From: an uncultured delta proteobacterium
GTDB lineage: Bacteria > Desulfobacterota > Syntrophia > Syntrophales > Smithellaceae
Assembly (NCBI GenBank): GCA_963753975.1
Contig: CAVWEH010000004.1
Span: forward strand, 1 to 64,000
Length of the DNA: 64,000 nucleotides
Direction: 5' to 3'
A model generated the notes under the pieces. The model was not told the DNA's origin. It saw only the letters and a list, made by a program, of their open reading frames with translations, and ran no database searches. This document shows, in pieces, positions 29,185-38,997 of the stretch; the stretch's first letter is position 1, and each line of letters starts with the position of its first letter. Both the position numbers and the translations under genes were made by a program.

Positions 29185-30264
29185 CTAACGTAACTTCAAT
29201 GTGCTTATAGCCATTAGGGCTAACAATATAGAAATAATCCAAAAACGCACGATTACTTTCGGCTCTGCCCACCCTTTCAGTTCGAAATGATGATGTAGAG
29301 GAGCCATACGAAAGATTCGCTTTCCTTGTGTTAGCTTAAAATAGCCGACTTGAAAGATTACTGAAAAAGTCTCCACAACAAATATTCCACCGACAATAGC
29401 AAGCAATATTTCTTGTTTGGTTATGATCGCCGTTGTGCCCAACGCGCCTCCCAGCGAAAGGGAGCCGACATCTCCCATAAATATTTCCGCGGGATAAGCA
29501 TTAAACCAAAGAAAGCCAAGAGCCGCGCCCACAAGCGCTCCGCAAAACACTGCCAATTCGCCAGACCCGGAGACATAAGGAATTTGCAGATATGAAGCTG
29601 CTTTTATATTTCCTGAAAAATAGGCAAAAAGAACATAAGTAGCAAAACAAATAGTTGCAGGACCAATGGCTAAACCATCAAGGCCATCAGTAAGGTTTAC
29701 GGCATTAGCTGTTCCAACTATAATAAACGTAGAAAGCAGAACATAACCCCAGCCAAGATTAGGTAATACCGTTTTAAAAAACGGAATAGTTACTTGAGAG
29801 TTAAAACCCGGCTTTAAATAAAGAATGATGCCTACAAACAAAGCGATAACTATTTCCGCCGATAGTCTTGCCTTGCCGGAAATACCTTTAGAACTCTTGC
29901 CGGCAAGTTTGCGGTAATCATCAATAAATCCAATCAACCCAAAACCAACCGTCACAAGCAATATCAACCAGACATAATTTATGGAAAGGTTTGTCCATAG
30001 CACCGTAGATATAACCACGGCAAAAATTATCAACACCCCTCCCATTGTCGGAGTTCCTTTTTTGATTTGATGGCTTTGCGGCCCATCTTCCCTTATCTGT
30101 TGATCGATTTGTAAACCCTGTAATTTTCGAATCAGCCACGGACCAACAATCAGACAAATCAAAAGGGCAGTTATTGAGGCAAAAATTGTCCGGAATGTTA
30201 TGTAACGGAATACATTAAAAAATGAATACGATGTATGTAAAGGATATAATAAATAATAAATCAC
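29185..30264 (-). CDS. mraY: Phospho-MurNAc-pentapeptide transferase
   Basis: [37 protein letters not shown]. Confidence 0.99.
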   Translation of the reverse strand: MIYYLLYPLHTSYSFFNVFRYITFRTIFASITALLICLIVGPWLIRKLQGLQIDQQIREDGPQSHQIKKGTPTMGGVLIIFAVVISTVLWTNLSINYVWLILLVTVGFGLIGFIDDYRKLAGKSSKGISGKARLSAEIVIALFVGIILYLKPGFNSQVTIPFFKTVLPNLGWGYVLLSTFIIVGTANAVNLTDGLDGLAIGPATICFATYVLFAYFSGNIKAASYLQIPYVSGSGELAVFCGALVGAALGFLWFNAYPAEIFMGDVGSLSLGGALGTTAIITKQEILLAIVGGIFVVETFSVIFQVGYFKLTQGKRIFRMAPLHHHFELKGWAEPKVIVRFWIISILLALMAISTLKLR

Positions 30265-30281
30265 TTTTAATTATCTCCTGA

Positions 30282-31733
30282 TTAATGGATTTTTTCCTTG
30301 CTGTTCTCACCTGTTTTTTCGCTGCCAAAATCCTCGTATATTTTAACCGCTATTTTTTCCATTTTCATCCGGCGGGAACCCTTCACTAATATCCAATCGC
30401 CTTTTTTTAGATTCTTTTTCAAATAATTCATGTTTTCTTCACTATCGGACGAAAAATAGATATTTTGTGACGGCAGTCCGCCTTCCATAGCTCCGGCGGC
30501 TGTAACCGCAGAAAAATCACCCTGAAGAAAAAGTGCATTGACTCCAATCGTCGCTATCAGCATTCCTATCCGGCGATGCATTTCATCAGCCGCCGTTCCC
30601 AACTCCAGCATATCGCCTAAGAAGACATAACAATTATGGTGGCTTTTTAAATCCTTCAATGTCATTAGCGCTTCTCTTACCGAAGACGGGTTGGCATTAT
30701 ACGAATCATCCAAAAGGTAAGCACCATTTCTTAATTTGATTATTTCCATACGTCCCCTAAATGGCCGGAAAGCCTTCAGGCCATCCAATATCATTTCATC
30801 GTTAATGCCCACCGCCCGGGCTCCCGCCGCTGCCGCCAGAGCATTATAAACATGATGGATGCCTACAATTTTCATTTCTACTTTTTGCATTTTAGCGCCG
30901 ATAACCAAGTTAAAGCGCATTCCTTTAGCGCTATTTTTCCCAATATCTTTCGCCGAAACATCTGCATTGGAGCTCATTCCAAAAGTAATACGCCTGCCTT
31001 TCCATTTGTCGGCAATAATTCTTACGTGCTCATCATCAAGATTGATTATGGCAATGCCGTTCTTATCCATATTATAAAATAAGTCACCTTTTTCTTCGCG
31101 CACACCGTCAATGGAGCCGAATCCCTCTAGATGCGCCGGTCCAATATTTGTTATCATTCCTATATCCGGCTCCGCAATTTGGGTCAGTCGCTTTATTTCT
31201 CCGCGAGCATTTGTGCCCATTTCTAAAATGACCAATTCATATTTATCATTAATGCGAAATATCGTCTGCGGCAGACCGATCAAATTGTTTAAATTGCCCT
31301 CAGTTTTCACAACATTTTTCTTTTGACCGATGATTGCCGCCATCATTTCTTTAGTTGTTGTCTTTCCGGAAGAGCCGGTTAAGCCAATCACGGGAATAGA
31401 AAATTTTTTTCTCCATTCATGAGCCAAATCGCCCAGCGCGGCTAAAGTATCGGCAACCTTGATCACCGCAACTTCAGGTTTTATTCCATACTGCTTGATC
31501 TTTTGTTCGTCGCGTACTAATACTCCGGCGGCGCCTTTATCCAATGCTTTCTGTAAAAAATCATGCCCATCGAACTTTTCGCCTTGCAGTGCCACAAAAA
31601 TATTTCCCTTACTTACCAGCCTGGAATCAGTCGAAATTCCATAAAATTGTTCTTTAGAAGCGCCGGAAATCAAAGTCCCTCGGGCAGCTTTCAGTATTTC
31701 TTCCGTTGTAAATATAGGTGAAGCATTATTCAT
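30282..31733 (-). CDS. murF: UDP-MurNAc-tripeptide--D-Ala-D-Ala ligase
   Basis: TGSSGKTTTK, NLNNLIGLP, DSYNANP, GDMLELG, KGSR. Confidence 0.98.
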   Translation of the reverse strand: MNNASPIFTTEEILKAARGTLISGASKEQFYGISTDSRLVSKGNIFVALQGEKFDGHDFLQKALDKGAAGVLVRDEQKIKQYGIKPEVAVIKVADTLAALGDLAHEWRKKFSIPVIGLTGSSGKTTTKEMMAAIIGQKKNVVKTEGNLNNLIGLPQTIFRINDKYELVILEMGTNARGEIKRLTQIAEPDIGMITNIGPAHLEGFGSIDGVREEKGDLFYNMDKNGIAIINLDDEHVRIIADKWKGRRITFGMSSNADVSAKDIGKNSAKGMRFNLVIGAKMQKVEMKIVGIHHVYNALAAAAGARAVGINDEMILDGLKAFRPFRGRMEIIKLRNGAYLLDDSYNANPSSVREALMTLKDLKSHHNCYVFLGDMLELGTAADEMHRRIGMLIATIGVNALFLQGDFSAVTAAGAMEGGLPSQNIYFSSDSEENMNYLKKNLKKGDWILVKGSRRMKMEKIAVKIYEDFGSEKTGENSKEKIH

Positions 31734-31742
31734 CTATCTGTT

Positions 31743-33266
31743 TTAATAACCCCTCAATGTCAAAGCTTGCCGGGCGACGGCACGATCATCAAAAGGAGTT
31801 TTCTTTGTCCCCAGAATTTGATAATCTTCATGACCTTTACCCGCAATTAAGATAATATCCTCCTTTTGGGCTATGTTGATTGCTTTTTCAATTGCCTTTT
31901 TCCTCTCAGGAATTATCATATAAGAATGGATACTATTATTTATTTCCAGTTGATCGGCGGTTAGTTTTTTTACTTTATTTCGATCGATTCCACTTTCTAT
32001 TTCTGTAATGATGGCCATTGGATCTTCCAGCCGTGGATTATCCGAAGTCACAATAGTCAGATCGCTGAAATCAGTGGCTGCTTTACCCATGAGTGGCCGC
32101 TTGCTGCGATCTCTATTCCCGCCGCAACCAAATACAGTAATGATCCTTTTTTTTCTGAATTGAACCAAATTTTGCAAAACCTGCTTTAAAGCATCTGCTT
32201 TGTGCGCATAATCAACAAGAACATTAAGGCCGGAAGGAGTATTAATTTTCTCCAATCGTCCGGGCACATAAGACAAACTTTCAATACCCGCTTTAATTAC
32301 CGCCGCAGGAATTTGCAACACCATCGCAGCGGCACAAGCAGCTAAAATATTATAAATGTTAAACTTGCCGACAAGCGACGTTTCTATAAAAATAGTTTCC
32401 CCCGCCAAATCAATCTTCGCTTTTATCCCCGTTAACGACAATTCATAACTTGCCGCCTTCACTGGATTTCCCTTTTCCATGCCATAAGCCAGCGCCGGCA
32501 GGGCCACTTCCTGTAAAATCCTTTTTCCCCAACTATCATCTCCATTAATAACCATTTTTTGCAGGTGCGTCTTTTTGCTTTGCGTTAGCACTTCGGTAAA
32601 AAATCTCTTTTTTGCCTGAAAGTAATTTTCCATTGTTAGATGATAATCAAGGTGTTCCGGAGTAAGATTGGTAAAAATACCCAAATCAAAGTCGCAATCG
32701 TCAACTCTTCTTAAGTCGATCGCGTGAGAAGAAACTTCCGCGATAACGTGGGTCACTCCACTATCGGCCATTTCTCTCAAAATTTTCTGCAATTCATAAG
32801 ATTCCGGTGTTGTGTTCGGCGCCGGATAGGTTTTATTATTGTAGCGATAATTGATTGTGCCTAAGACACCGCATTTAAAACCGGCCGCTTTAAATATTGA
32901 TTCCAGAAGATAGGTGATCGTTGTTTTACCGTTTGTTCCTATAACAGCAATCAACACTAGATTCCCGGAGGGATTCGCAAAATAGTTCTTGGCTAAAATA
33001 CCTAAAGCACGCCTGCTGTTGGTGACTTTAATTGCCGTTACTTGAGGCGATGACTGGAAATCTTTTTCATAAACGATAAAACGCGCACCATTAGCTATAG
33101 CCTCACGAATGAAATCATGGCCGTCGTGCTGCAAACCGGCAATAGCCACAAACATAGATTCTTTTTCACATTTATCTGCGGCGTAACACACATTGGACAC
33201 GTCTGCCGCTAAGGCTTCGGGAACGTTGATTACATCTATTCCCTCGAGCAACTGCGCCAGTTTCAT
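31743..33266 (-). CDS. murE: UDP-MurNAc-dipeptide--meso-DAP ligase
   Basis: GTNGKTT, EVSSHA, VDYAH, DNPR (DAP specificity), AGKGHE. Confidence 0.98.
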   Translation of the reverse strand: MKLAQLLEGIDVINVPEALAADVSNVCYAADKCEKESMFVAIAGLQHDGHDFIREAIANGARFIVYEKDFQSSPQVTAIKVTNSRRALGILAKNYFANPSGNLVLIAVIGTNGKTTITYLLESIFKAAGFKCGVLGTINYRYNNKTYPAPNTTPESYELQKILREMADSGVTHVIAEVSSHAIDLRRVDDCDFDLGIFTNLTPEHLDYHLTMENYFQAKKRFFTEVLTQSKKTHLQKMVINGDDSWGKRILQEVALPALAYGMEKGNPVKAASYELSLTGIKAKIDLAGETIFIETSLVGKFNIYNILAACAAAMVLQIPAAVIKAGIESLSYVPGRLEKINTPSGLNVLVDYAHKADALKQVLQNLVQFRKKRIITVFGCGGNRDRSKRPLMGKAATDFSDLTIVTSDNPRLEDPMAIITEIESGIDRNKVKKLTADQLEINNSIHSYMIIPERKKAIEKAINIAQKEDIILIAGKGHEDYQILGTKKTPFDDRAVARQALTLRGY

Positions 33267-33273
33267 ATCAACC

Positions 33274-35256
33274 TCAATTATTTAACTCAAAAACAACTCT
33301 ACACATGCGTTCGGCTCCCAGTGGTACGTTTGCCTGTGGATTTTGTCGTACCGCCCAGCCGCTGCCTGATGCTTTTAGTTCTATTGATCTGGCTTTTGCT
33401 TTTTTCATCGCTTCCCTGATCGTCATGCCCGTGAAATCAGGCATTACTGACTCATCAATGCCAGCAATATTTTGTTGAGTATAATTTTGTTGAGCTGAAA
33501 CGAGCTGCACCTTATTTATCTTATCTTGTTCAAAAATCGGTGTTTCCCGAATATTCGTTTTAAAGCAATTTAGTATTTGCTCCCCAATATTTTTAAATAC
33601 CGGCGCTGCGGCGACGCCACCCCACTTATCACTTTGTGGCTCATCCAAAATTACCAAAATAGCAACTTGCGGATTATCGGCAGGGAAAAAGCCCACAAAA
33701 GATGTGCGCACTTTTTCCGCTGAATACTCGCCGCGGGTAAAGTCGAACTTTTGAGAAGTTCCTGTCTTGCCGGCAACATTAACATTAACAATACGTGCAC
33801 TTTTACCCGTACCGTCGGCAGCCTCGACAACCTCCGTAAGCATTTTAGTGAGGCGCTTTGCCACTGCGGGGGAAATAACTCTACGCGCTACCGTTGGTGT
33901 ATACATTTTTATCAGACGATCATTACTATTGGTAAAACCGCGCACAATGTAGGGCTTCATTAAAATCCCCTCGTTGGCGATAGCCGACATTGCGGTGATC
34001 AATTGAATTGCCGTAACTGAAACACCTTGGCCAAAGGCAATGGAAGCAGTATCAATCTTCGTCCAATTTTCCGCCGGCCTTACCAATCCCGAAGATTCGC
34101 CGGGCAGGTCTATGCCTGTTTTTGCTCCGAAGCCAAAACTATCAATATAATCGTAGAATTTTTCTTTTCCCAGCTTTTGCGCAATTTTTACAGCACCAAT
34201 ATTGCTGGAATATTTTAGTATGTCGCGAACGGTCAGTTGTCCGTGACGTTTTCCGCCTGCTTCATGAATGACATGGTCCGCGATTGTATAGGTTCCATTT
34301 TCGCAGAAAAACTGTGCTGATTCTTTAACAATCTTTTCTTCCAGTGCGCCAGCTACTAAAAAAGGTTTAAAGGTTGAACCGGGATCAAAACAATCGGCAA
34401 TGGCCCGGTTACGCCATTTTTCAGGAGCAAGTCCATCAATGTTATTGGGATTAAATCCCATTTCGTTGGCCAGAGCCAATATCTCACCGGTTCTAGGATC
34501 CATCACAATGGCGATCCCCGTTTTGGCACGTTTGGAAAGAACGGCTTCTTTCAAATGAGTTTCGACTAGATATTGAATTCGGCTATCAATGGTTAAAACA
34601 AGATTTTTGTATTCATCTTTCGCCGTCTCACTTTTTTCGACACGTAAAAACAATTTCTTCCCTTTAGCATCGCGCGCCCAGGCCAGCTTTTGCGGTTTTC
34701 CTTTTAATACCTCGTCATATTTATATTCCAATCCCTCCAAGCCGTTGGCATCTGTTCCGACGAAACCCAGCAAATGAGCGGCCAACTGGCCATTGGGATA
34801 AAAGCGTTGCGGTTCCTTGACCAGAAAAATTCCATCGATTTCCGCAGTTTCAATATTTGCCGCTTGAGCCGGTGAGATTTTTCGAGCCAGCCAGCAGAAA
34901 TTTTTCGGTTCAGATATCTTTTTGAAGATTGCTTGCTTATCTAAATTGAGAATCCGTGCTATTTTAGCGGAAGCTTTAACGGGATCAGTAATTTTGGAAG
35001 GATCGGCGCAGACAGAATCAGCCATAATCGATACTGCAAGCTTTTCACCGTTGCGATCATAAATTACACCTCTTTCCGGCTGTAACTGCAACGTGGCAGT
35101 ATGTTGTTTTTGAGCTAATGTTTTTAGTCTTTGTCCGGATAAAACCTGCAATTGAAAAGCTCGTGATATCAAAGCAATAAATAACACGAGAAAAACCATC
35201 AATATGCCGACGATCCTGAATTTTAGCCATTTTTTTGATTCTATTACCATAATCAC
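33274..35256 (-). CDS. ftsI: Penicillin-binding protein 3 (FtsI) with C-terminal PASTA domain
   Basis: PGSTFK, SSN, KTGT; C-terminal MPDFTGMTIREA. Confidence 0.96.
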   Translation of the reverse strand: MIMVIESKKWLKFRIVGILMVFLVLFIALISRAFQLQVLSGQRLKTLAQKQHTATLQLQPERGVIYDRNGEKLAVSIMADSVCADPSKITDPVKASAKIARILNLDKQAIFKKISEPKNFCWLARKISPAQAANIETAEIDGIFLVKEPQRFYPNGQLAAHLLGFVGTDANGLEGLEYKYDEVLKGKPQKLAWARDAKGKKLFLRVEKSETAKDEYKNLVLTIDSRIQYLVETHLKEAVLSKRAKTGIAIVMDPRTGEILALANEMGFNPNNIDGLAPEKWRNRAIADCFDPGSTFKPFLVAGALEEKIVKESAQFFCENGTYTIADHVIHEAGGKRHGQLTVRDILKYSSNIGAVKIAQKLGKEKFYDYIDSFGFGAKTGIDLPGESSGLVRPAENWTKIDTASIAFGQGVSVTAIQLITAMSAIANEGILMKPYIVRGFTNSNDRLIKMYTPTVARRVISPAVAKRLTKMLTEVVEAADGTGKSARIVNVNVAGKTGTSQKFDFTRGEYSAEKVRTSFVGFFPADNPQVAILVILDEPQSDKWGGVAAAPVFKNIGEQILNCFKTNIRETPIFEQDKINKVQLVSAQQNYTQQNIAGIDESVMPDFTGMTIREAMKKAKARSIELKASGSGWAVRQNPQANVPLGAERMCRVVFELNN

Positions 35257-35591
35257 TCTCCCGAATTTTTCAGGACAATTACTTGATTATTTTCAGGATA
35301 GGACATTTGCAATTTGTTTCTGGCTATATTTTCAATTCTTTGCGGTGATTTAAGCATCGCATATTCCAGTTTCAATTTGTTTTGTTCTTCCAGCTTTTGC
35401 TGCCTGGCACCTAATTCCGCGGCAACATTATATTCCAACTCCGTCATGCGAATATGCGATCCGACATAAATCAAAGCGACAAACATCAAAACAATAGCAA
35501 CGACAATAAAATTCGAATACTTAAGTCCGGAAGAAGTTTTTTTCACTTCGCGGATACGGGGCATTACTTGTGTTCCAACGGTTTGCGCCAT
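35253..35591 (-). CDS. ftsL: Cell division protein FtsL
   Basis: TM plus leucine zipper, LKSPQRIENIARNKLQM; lies between rsmH and ftsI. Confidence 0.9.
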   Translation of the reverse strand: MAQTVGTQVMPRIREVKKTSSGLKYSNFIVVAIVLMFVALIYVGSHIRMTELEYNVAAELGARQQKLEEQNKLKLEYAMLKSPQRIENIARNKLQMSYPENNQVIVLKNSGE

Positions 35592-35592
35592 T

Positions 35593-36528
35593 TTAATACC
35601 TCTCAGCTACACGCAATTTAGCACTGCGGGCTCGAGGGTTAGCTCTGATTTCTTCTGTCGAAGGAGTCAGTGCTTTTCTGGTTATGATCTTAAGTTTCTT
35701 TTCTTTTTCGCATACGCAAAGCGGTATATCCTTGGGACAGACACAACCCCCGGCCAAAGCTTTAAATTCATTCTTTACAATACGATCTTCCAGTGAATGG
35801 AAGGATATGACGCAAAGGCGGCCGCGGGATTTTAATGCTTCCGCAGCATCATCAATAGCCGGTTTTATGTTATCCAATTCTTTGTTGGCTGCAATTCTTA
35901 TAGCTTGAAATGTTCTTGTCGCCGGGTGAATCTTTTGCCATCTTAATTTAGCGGGCATAGAAGAAACGACTGTCGCCGCCAGTTGAGTCGTTGTTTCGAT
36001 GGGCGATAACTGTCTTTTGAGCGCTATTGCCTTAGCTATTCTACCGGCCATCTTTTCTTCTCCGTAAGATCTTATAATTCTTTCCAGTTCGCTTTGCGTG
36101 AAACTGTTGACGATATCGTATGCGCTCAACTGCAAACTGCGATCCATCCTCATGTCCAGCAGTGCCTCTTGATTAAAGCTAAAACCTCTTTCGGGCCTAT
36201 CCAGTTGATGCGAAGAAACGCCGAGATCCAGAAGAACGCCATCAACTTTCTCTATGCTCAAGCTCTTTAGAACTTTGCCCAAATCGGCGAAATTGGCTTT
36301 GACCAAGATTTTCCGCTCCCCAAACTCCCCCAGCTTTCTTTCTGCCGCTTGCAGAGCGTCGTCATCACAGTCAATGCCCACCAAAAATGAATCTGTGTGT
36401 TTTAATATCTCGTAAGAATGACCTCCCCCGCCAACAGTGCCGTCAACATAGATTCCCTTTTTTGTCATTAAGAGCGAATCAATAATTTCCTTAACCATCA
36501 CCGGCTCGTGATAGAATTCGGCGCTCAT
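35593..36528 (-). CDS. rsmH: 16S rRNA m4C1402 methyltransferase
   Basis: HEPVM, DGTVGGGGHS, DLGVSS, FQAIRI, SFHSLEDR, NPRARSAKLR. Confidence 0.98.
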   Translation of the reverse strand: MSAEFYHEPVMVKEIIDSLLMTKKGIYVDGTVGGGGHSYEILKHTDSFLVGIDCDDDALQAAERKLGEFGERKILVKANFADLGKVLKSLSIEKVDGVLLDLGVSSHQLDRPERGFSFNQEALLDMRMDRSLQLSAYDIVNSFTQSELERIIRSYGEEKMAGRIAKAIALKRQLSPIETTTQLAATVVSSMPAKLRWQKIHPATRTFQAIRIAANKELDNIKPAIDDAAEALKSRGRLCVISFHSLEDRIVKNEFKALAGGCVCPKDIPLCVCEKEKKLKIITRKALTPSTEEIRANPRARSAKLRVAERY

Positions 36529-36531
36529 GGT

Positions 36532-36978
36532 TTAGATTCCCAGGTCAGCCATGAAGTCGCTGAACTTGTCAATATCGCCGCCGGTTTTTTTCATTTCCCC
36601 TTCAAAACGATCTTTCGACCAAATTTCAATTACCTTAATCATGCCTGCTAAAATGATATCTTTTTCCAATTGCGCATAATCGCGCAGAGCCGGCGGAATT
36701 AAGACCCGCCCCTGGCTGTCTAAATTGCAGTCGATTGCTCCGGACATAAAAAACCGTTGAAATGCCCGTACTTCCTTACGTAAAATAGACTGGTGAGATA
36801 CTTTTTCTTCGATGATACGCCACTCATCATATGGAAAAACCATCAAATAGCCGTCCCAGTTGGTGATCACCATGCGGTTGTCATACTTCTCCGCAAAAAC
36901 GTCGCGGAATTTGGACGGGAAAATGATTCTTCCCTTTTCGTCAATATTATGATGATACTGGCCGCGAAAAACAGACAC
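36532..36978 (-). CDS. mraZ: Division/cell wall cluster repressor MraZ
   Basis: [31 protein letters not shown] start at 36978 after GGAGG. Confidence 0.96.
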   Translation of the reverse strand: MSVFRGQYHHNIDEKGRIIFPSKFRDVFAEKYDNRMVITNWDGYLMVFPYDEWRIIEEKVSHQSILRKEVRAFQRFFMSGAIDCNLDSQGRVLIPPALRDYAQLEKDIILAGMIKVIEIWSKDRFEGEMKKTGGDIDKFSDFMADLGI

Positions 36979-36988
36979 TAAATAACCT

Positions 36989-37047
36989 CCACAACAAACC
37001 ACTTCACTCCACATGGCCAATATAAAGGGGCAAAATGCCTTTGTCAA
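36989..37047 (-). promoter_or_regulatory. dcw (Pmra) promoter with three MraZ boxes
   Basis: Minus strand TTGACA-17 nt-TATATT followed by three GTGG repeats at 10-nt period (36989, 36999, 37009). Confidence 0.85.
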
Positions 37048-37238
37048 GAAAAAAATTCAACTTTTTTCGATAAAAAAACCTAAAATTACTGGGAAAATAG
37101 GGAAAGCGGAATAACAAAAATCTTGAATGGACAAATTGACCAACTAAAATCGCGAATAAAATACTTAATTTATATTTCTAATTCATTTAACTATAAATTT
37201 TATTCACACTAATCGTTTTAAGTTATTATATTACTTTA

Positions 37239-38369
37239 CTATTTTACGATGCGATAGCGGTTGATCGCTTGATTGTGCTCGCTTAAGGTATCAGAAAAAA
37301 AGTGCGTACCGTCTTTCTTCGAAACAAAATAAAGATATTTTACGTTAGCAGGATACAGCGCAGCATTTAATGAAGTCAATCCAGGATTGGCAATAGGGCC
37401 CGGCGGCAAACCATTGATAATATAAGTGTTATATGGTGAATTTCTTTTTAAATGCTTCCGTAGAACTTTACCTTCAAAATTATCCAAATCATAAATTGCT
37501 GTTGGATCACTTTGCAGGCGCATTTTCTTTTTGAGCCTATTGTGAAATACAGCCGAAATCAGAGGTTTTTCCGCATCAGCACCCGATTCTTTTCCGACGA
37601 TTGAAGCAAAGGTAACAAACTGATTAATGTTAAATCCCAGTTCTTCAGCCCTTTCAACCATTTCTGGTGTAACTTTTTTCCAAAACTGACTGACCATTAT
37701 TTTCATTATTTGGCGCGTACTCATCGAGCGGTTGAAAACATAAGTATCCGGGAACAGATAACCTTCTATAGAATCGGACATAATGCCCAAAGACTTTAAA
37801 AAACTTTCATCATGAGCCAAGTCAAAAAAAGTTTCATTATCAACCAGTTTGAAGTACTCCAGACGCGCAGCAGTTTCCTTCATCGAAAAATCTTCAGGGA
37901 TAGTCACCAGATAAGTTTTAACTTCTCCGCGGATTAGTTTGTCAATTACCGCTGCGGGCGTAAGGGAGGTGTTAAATTCATATTCACCGGCGCGGATATT
38001 ACGCGTGGCTCTTTTTGTTATCGCCAGGGTATAAAAGAAAAAGCGACTATTGACCAACCCCGCGCTGCTGAGAATTTCCGTAACTTTTAGAAAACTGGAG
38101 CCTGTCGGTATATCGACAACCACGGTTGTATTCTTGTTATCAATGGAAGTGGCAGAATAACTTATCAGCAAAACACAAAAGAAAATAAAAACTGCGGCAA
38201 AAAACAGGATGACATATTTAAGTACACGCCAGGCGATACGGGGCAATTCAAAAAATTTAAATGTCGCAAACTGTTTCTTTTTTACCCCCATTTTTCGTTT
38301 ACGCTTATCCGCTGGACGGAGTGTTTTACGATCTTTTTTAGGAATATTTTTTTTCTTTAATTCTTTCAT
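37239..38369 (-). CDS. mltG: Endolytic transglycosylase MltG
   Basis: EGYLFPDTY, ASIVGKE, LQSDPT, SPYNTY..GLPPGPIANPG; start codon uncertain. Confidence 0.95.
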   Translation of the reverse strand: MKELKKKNIPKKDRKTLRPADKRKRKMGVKKKQFATFKFFELPRIAWRVLKYVILFFAAVFIFFCVLLISYSATSIDNKNTTVVVDIPTGSSFLKVTEILSSAGLVNSRFFFYTLAITKRATRNIRAGEYEFNTSLTPAAVIDKLIRGEVKTYLVTIPEDFSMKETAARLEYFKLVDNETFFDLAHDESFLKSLGIMSDSIEGYLFPDTYVFNRSMSTRQIMKIMVSQFWKKVTPEMVERAEELGFNINQFVTFASIVGKESGADAEKPLISAVFHNRLKKKMRLQSDPTAIYDLDNFEGKVLRKHLKRNSPYNTYIINGLPPGPIANPGLTSLNAALYPANVKYLYFVSKKDGTHFFSDTLSEHNQAINRYRIVK

Positions 38370-38395
38370 TTTTTTCGTAAAATTAATTTTCAAAT

Positions 38396-38809
38396 TTATT
38401 TTGTGACGGAATCCAGATAACTTTGAAGAATGAGGCAAGCGGCTAATTTATCCAGCTTATCTTTTCTTTTTTTCCAGCGAATGCCGGAATTAATCAGTAT
38501 CTCTTCAGCTCCTTTGGTAGATAACGTTTCCGGCCATTTAACAACGGGAAGAGAGAAAGTTGTATCCAGGAGAGTGGCAAAACGATTGACTTTGTTGCAT
38601 TGGATACCTTCGGAACCGTCAATCTTTACCGGATAACCGAGTACAATTTTCTCTACATTATAATTATTGATCAGATTTCTCAATATTTCTAAATCATGCT
38701 TTTTAGTTTTTCTAATTATCGTGGGTAAGCCCTGGGCGGTAAGGCCCAACTCATCACATATGGCTACGCCAATTCTTTTTTCACCATAATCCAGACCAAG
38801 AAATCGCAG
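38396..38809 (-). CDS. ruvX: RuvX/YqgF pre-16S rRNA nuclease
   Basis: Frame extends to LRFLGLDYGEKRIGVAICD; C-terminus DKLAACLILQSYLD. Apparent CTG start at 38809. Confidence 0.92.
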   Translation of the reverse strand: MRFLGLDYGEKRIGVAICDELGLTAQGLPTIIRKTKKHDLEILRNLINNYNVEKIVLGYPVKIDGSEGIQCNKVNRFATLLDTTFSLPVVKWPETLSTKGAEEILINSGIRWKKRKDKLDKLAACLILQSYLDSVTK

Positions 38810-38997
38810 ATGGCACCTCTTACTTAGTTTCTAACAATTCTCCGTTGCATTTTCAAGAATTAAATCATTAAACGTTTTTTAATGATTAGTACACTTTTTT
38901 ATTCATTGAAAAAATCGGTATTAAATATAATGTTGTGAAAAAGTGAGGAGTTTGTTATTTTTCAATATCATTCTATCAAATTTAAGCGAGCAAAAAC

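Noticed and set aside
36989..37012. 10-nt periodic GTGG repeats as a novel array
   Set aside because: These match the known MraZ operator arrangement.
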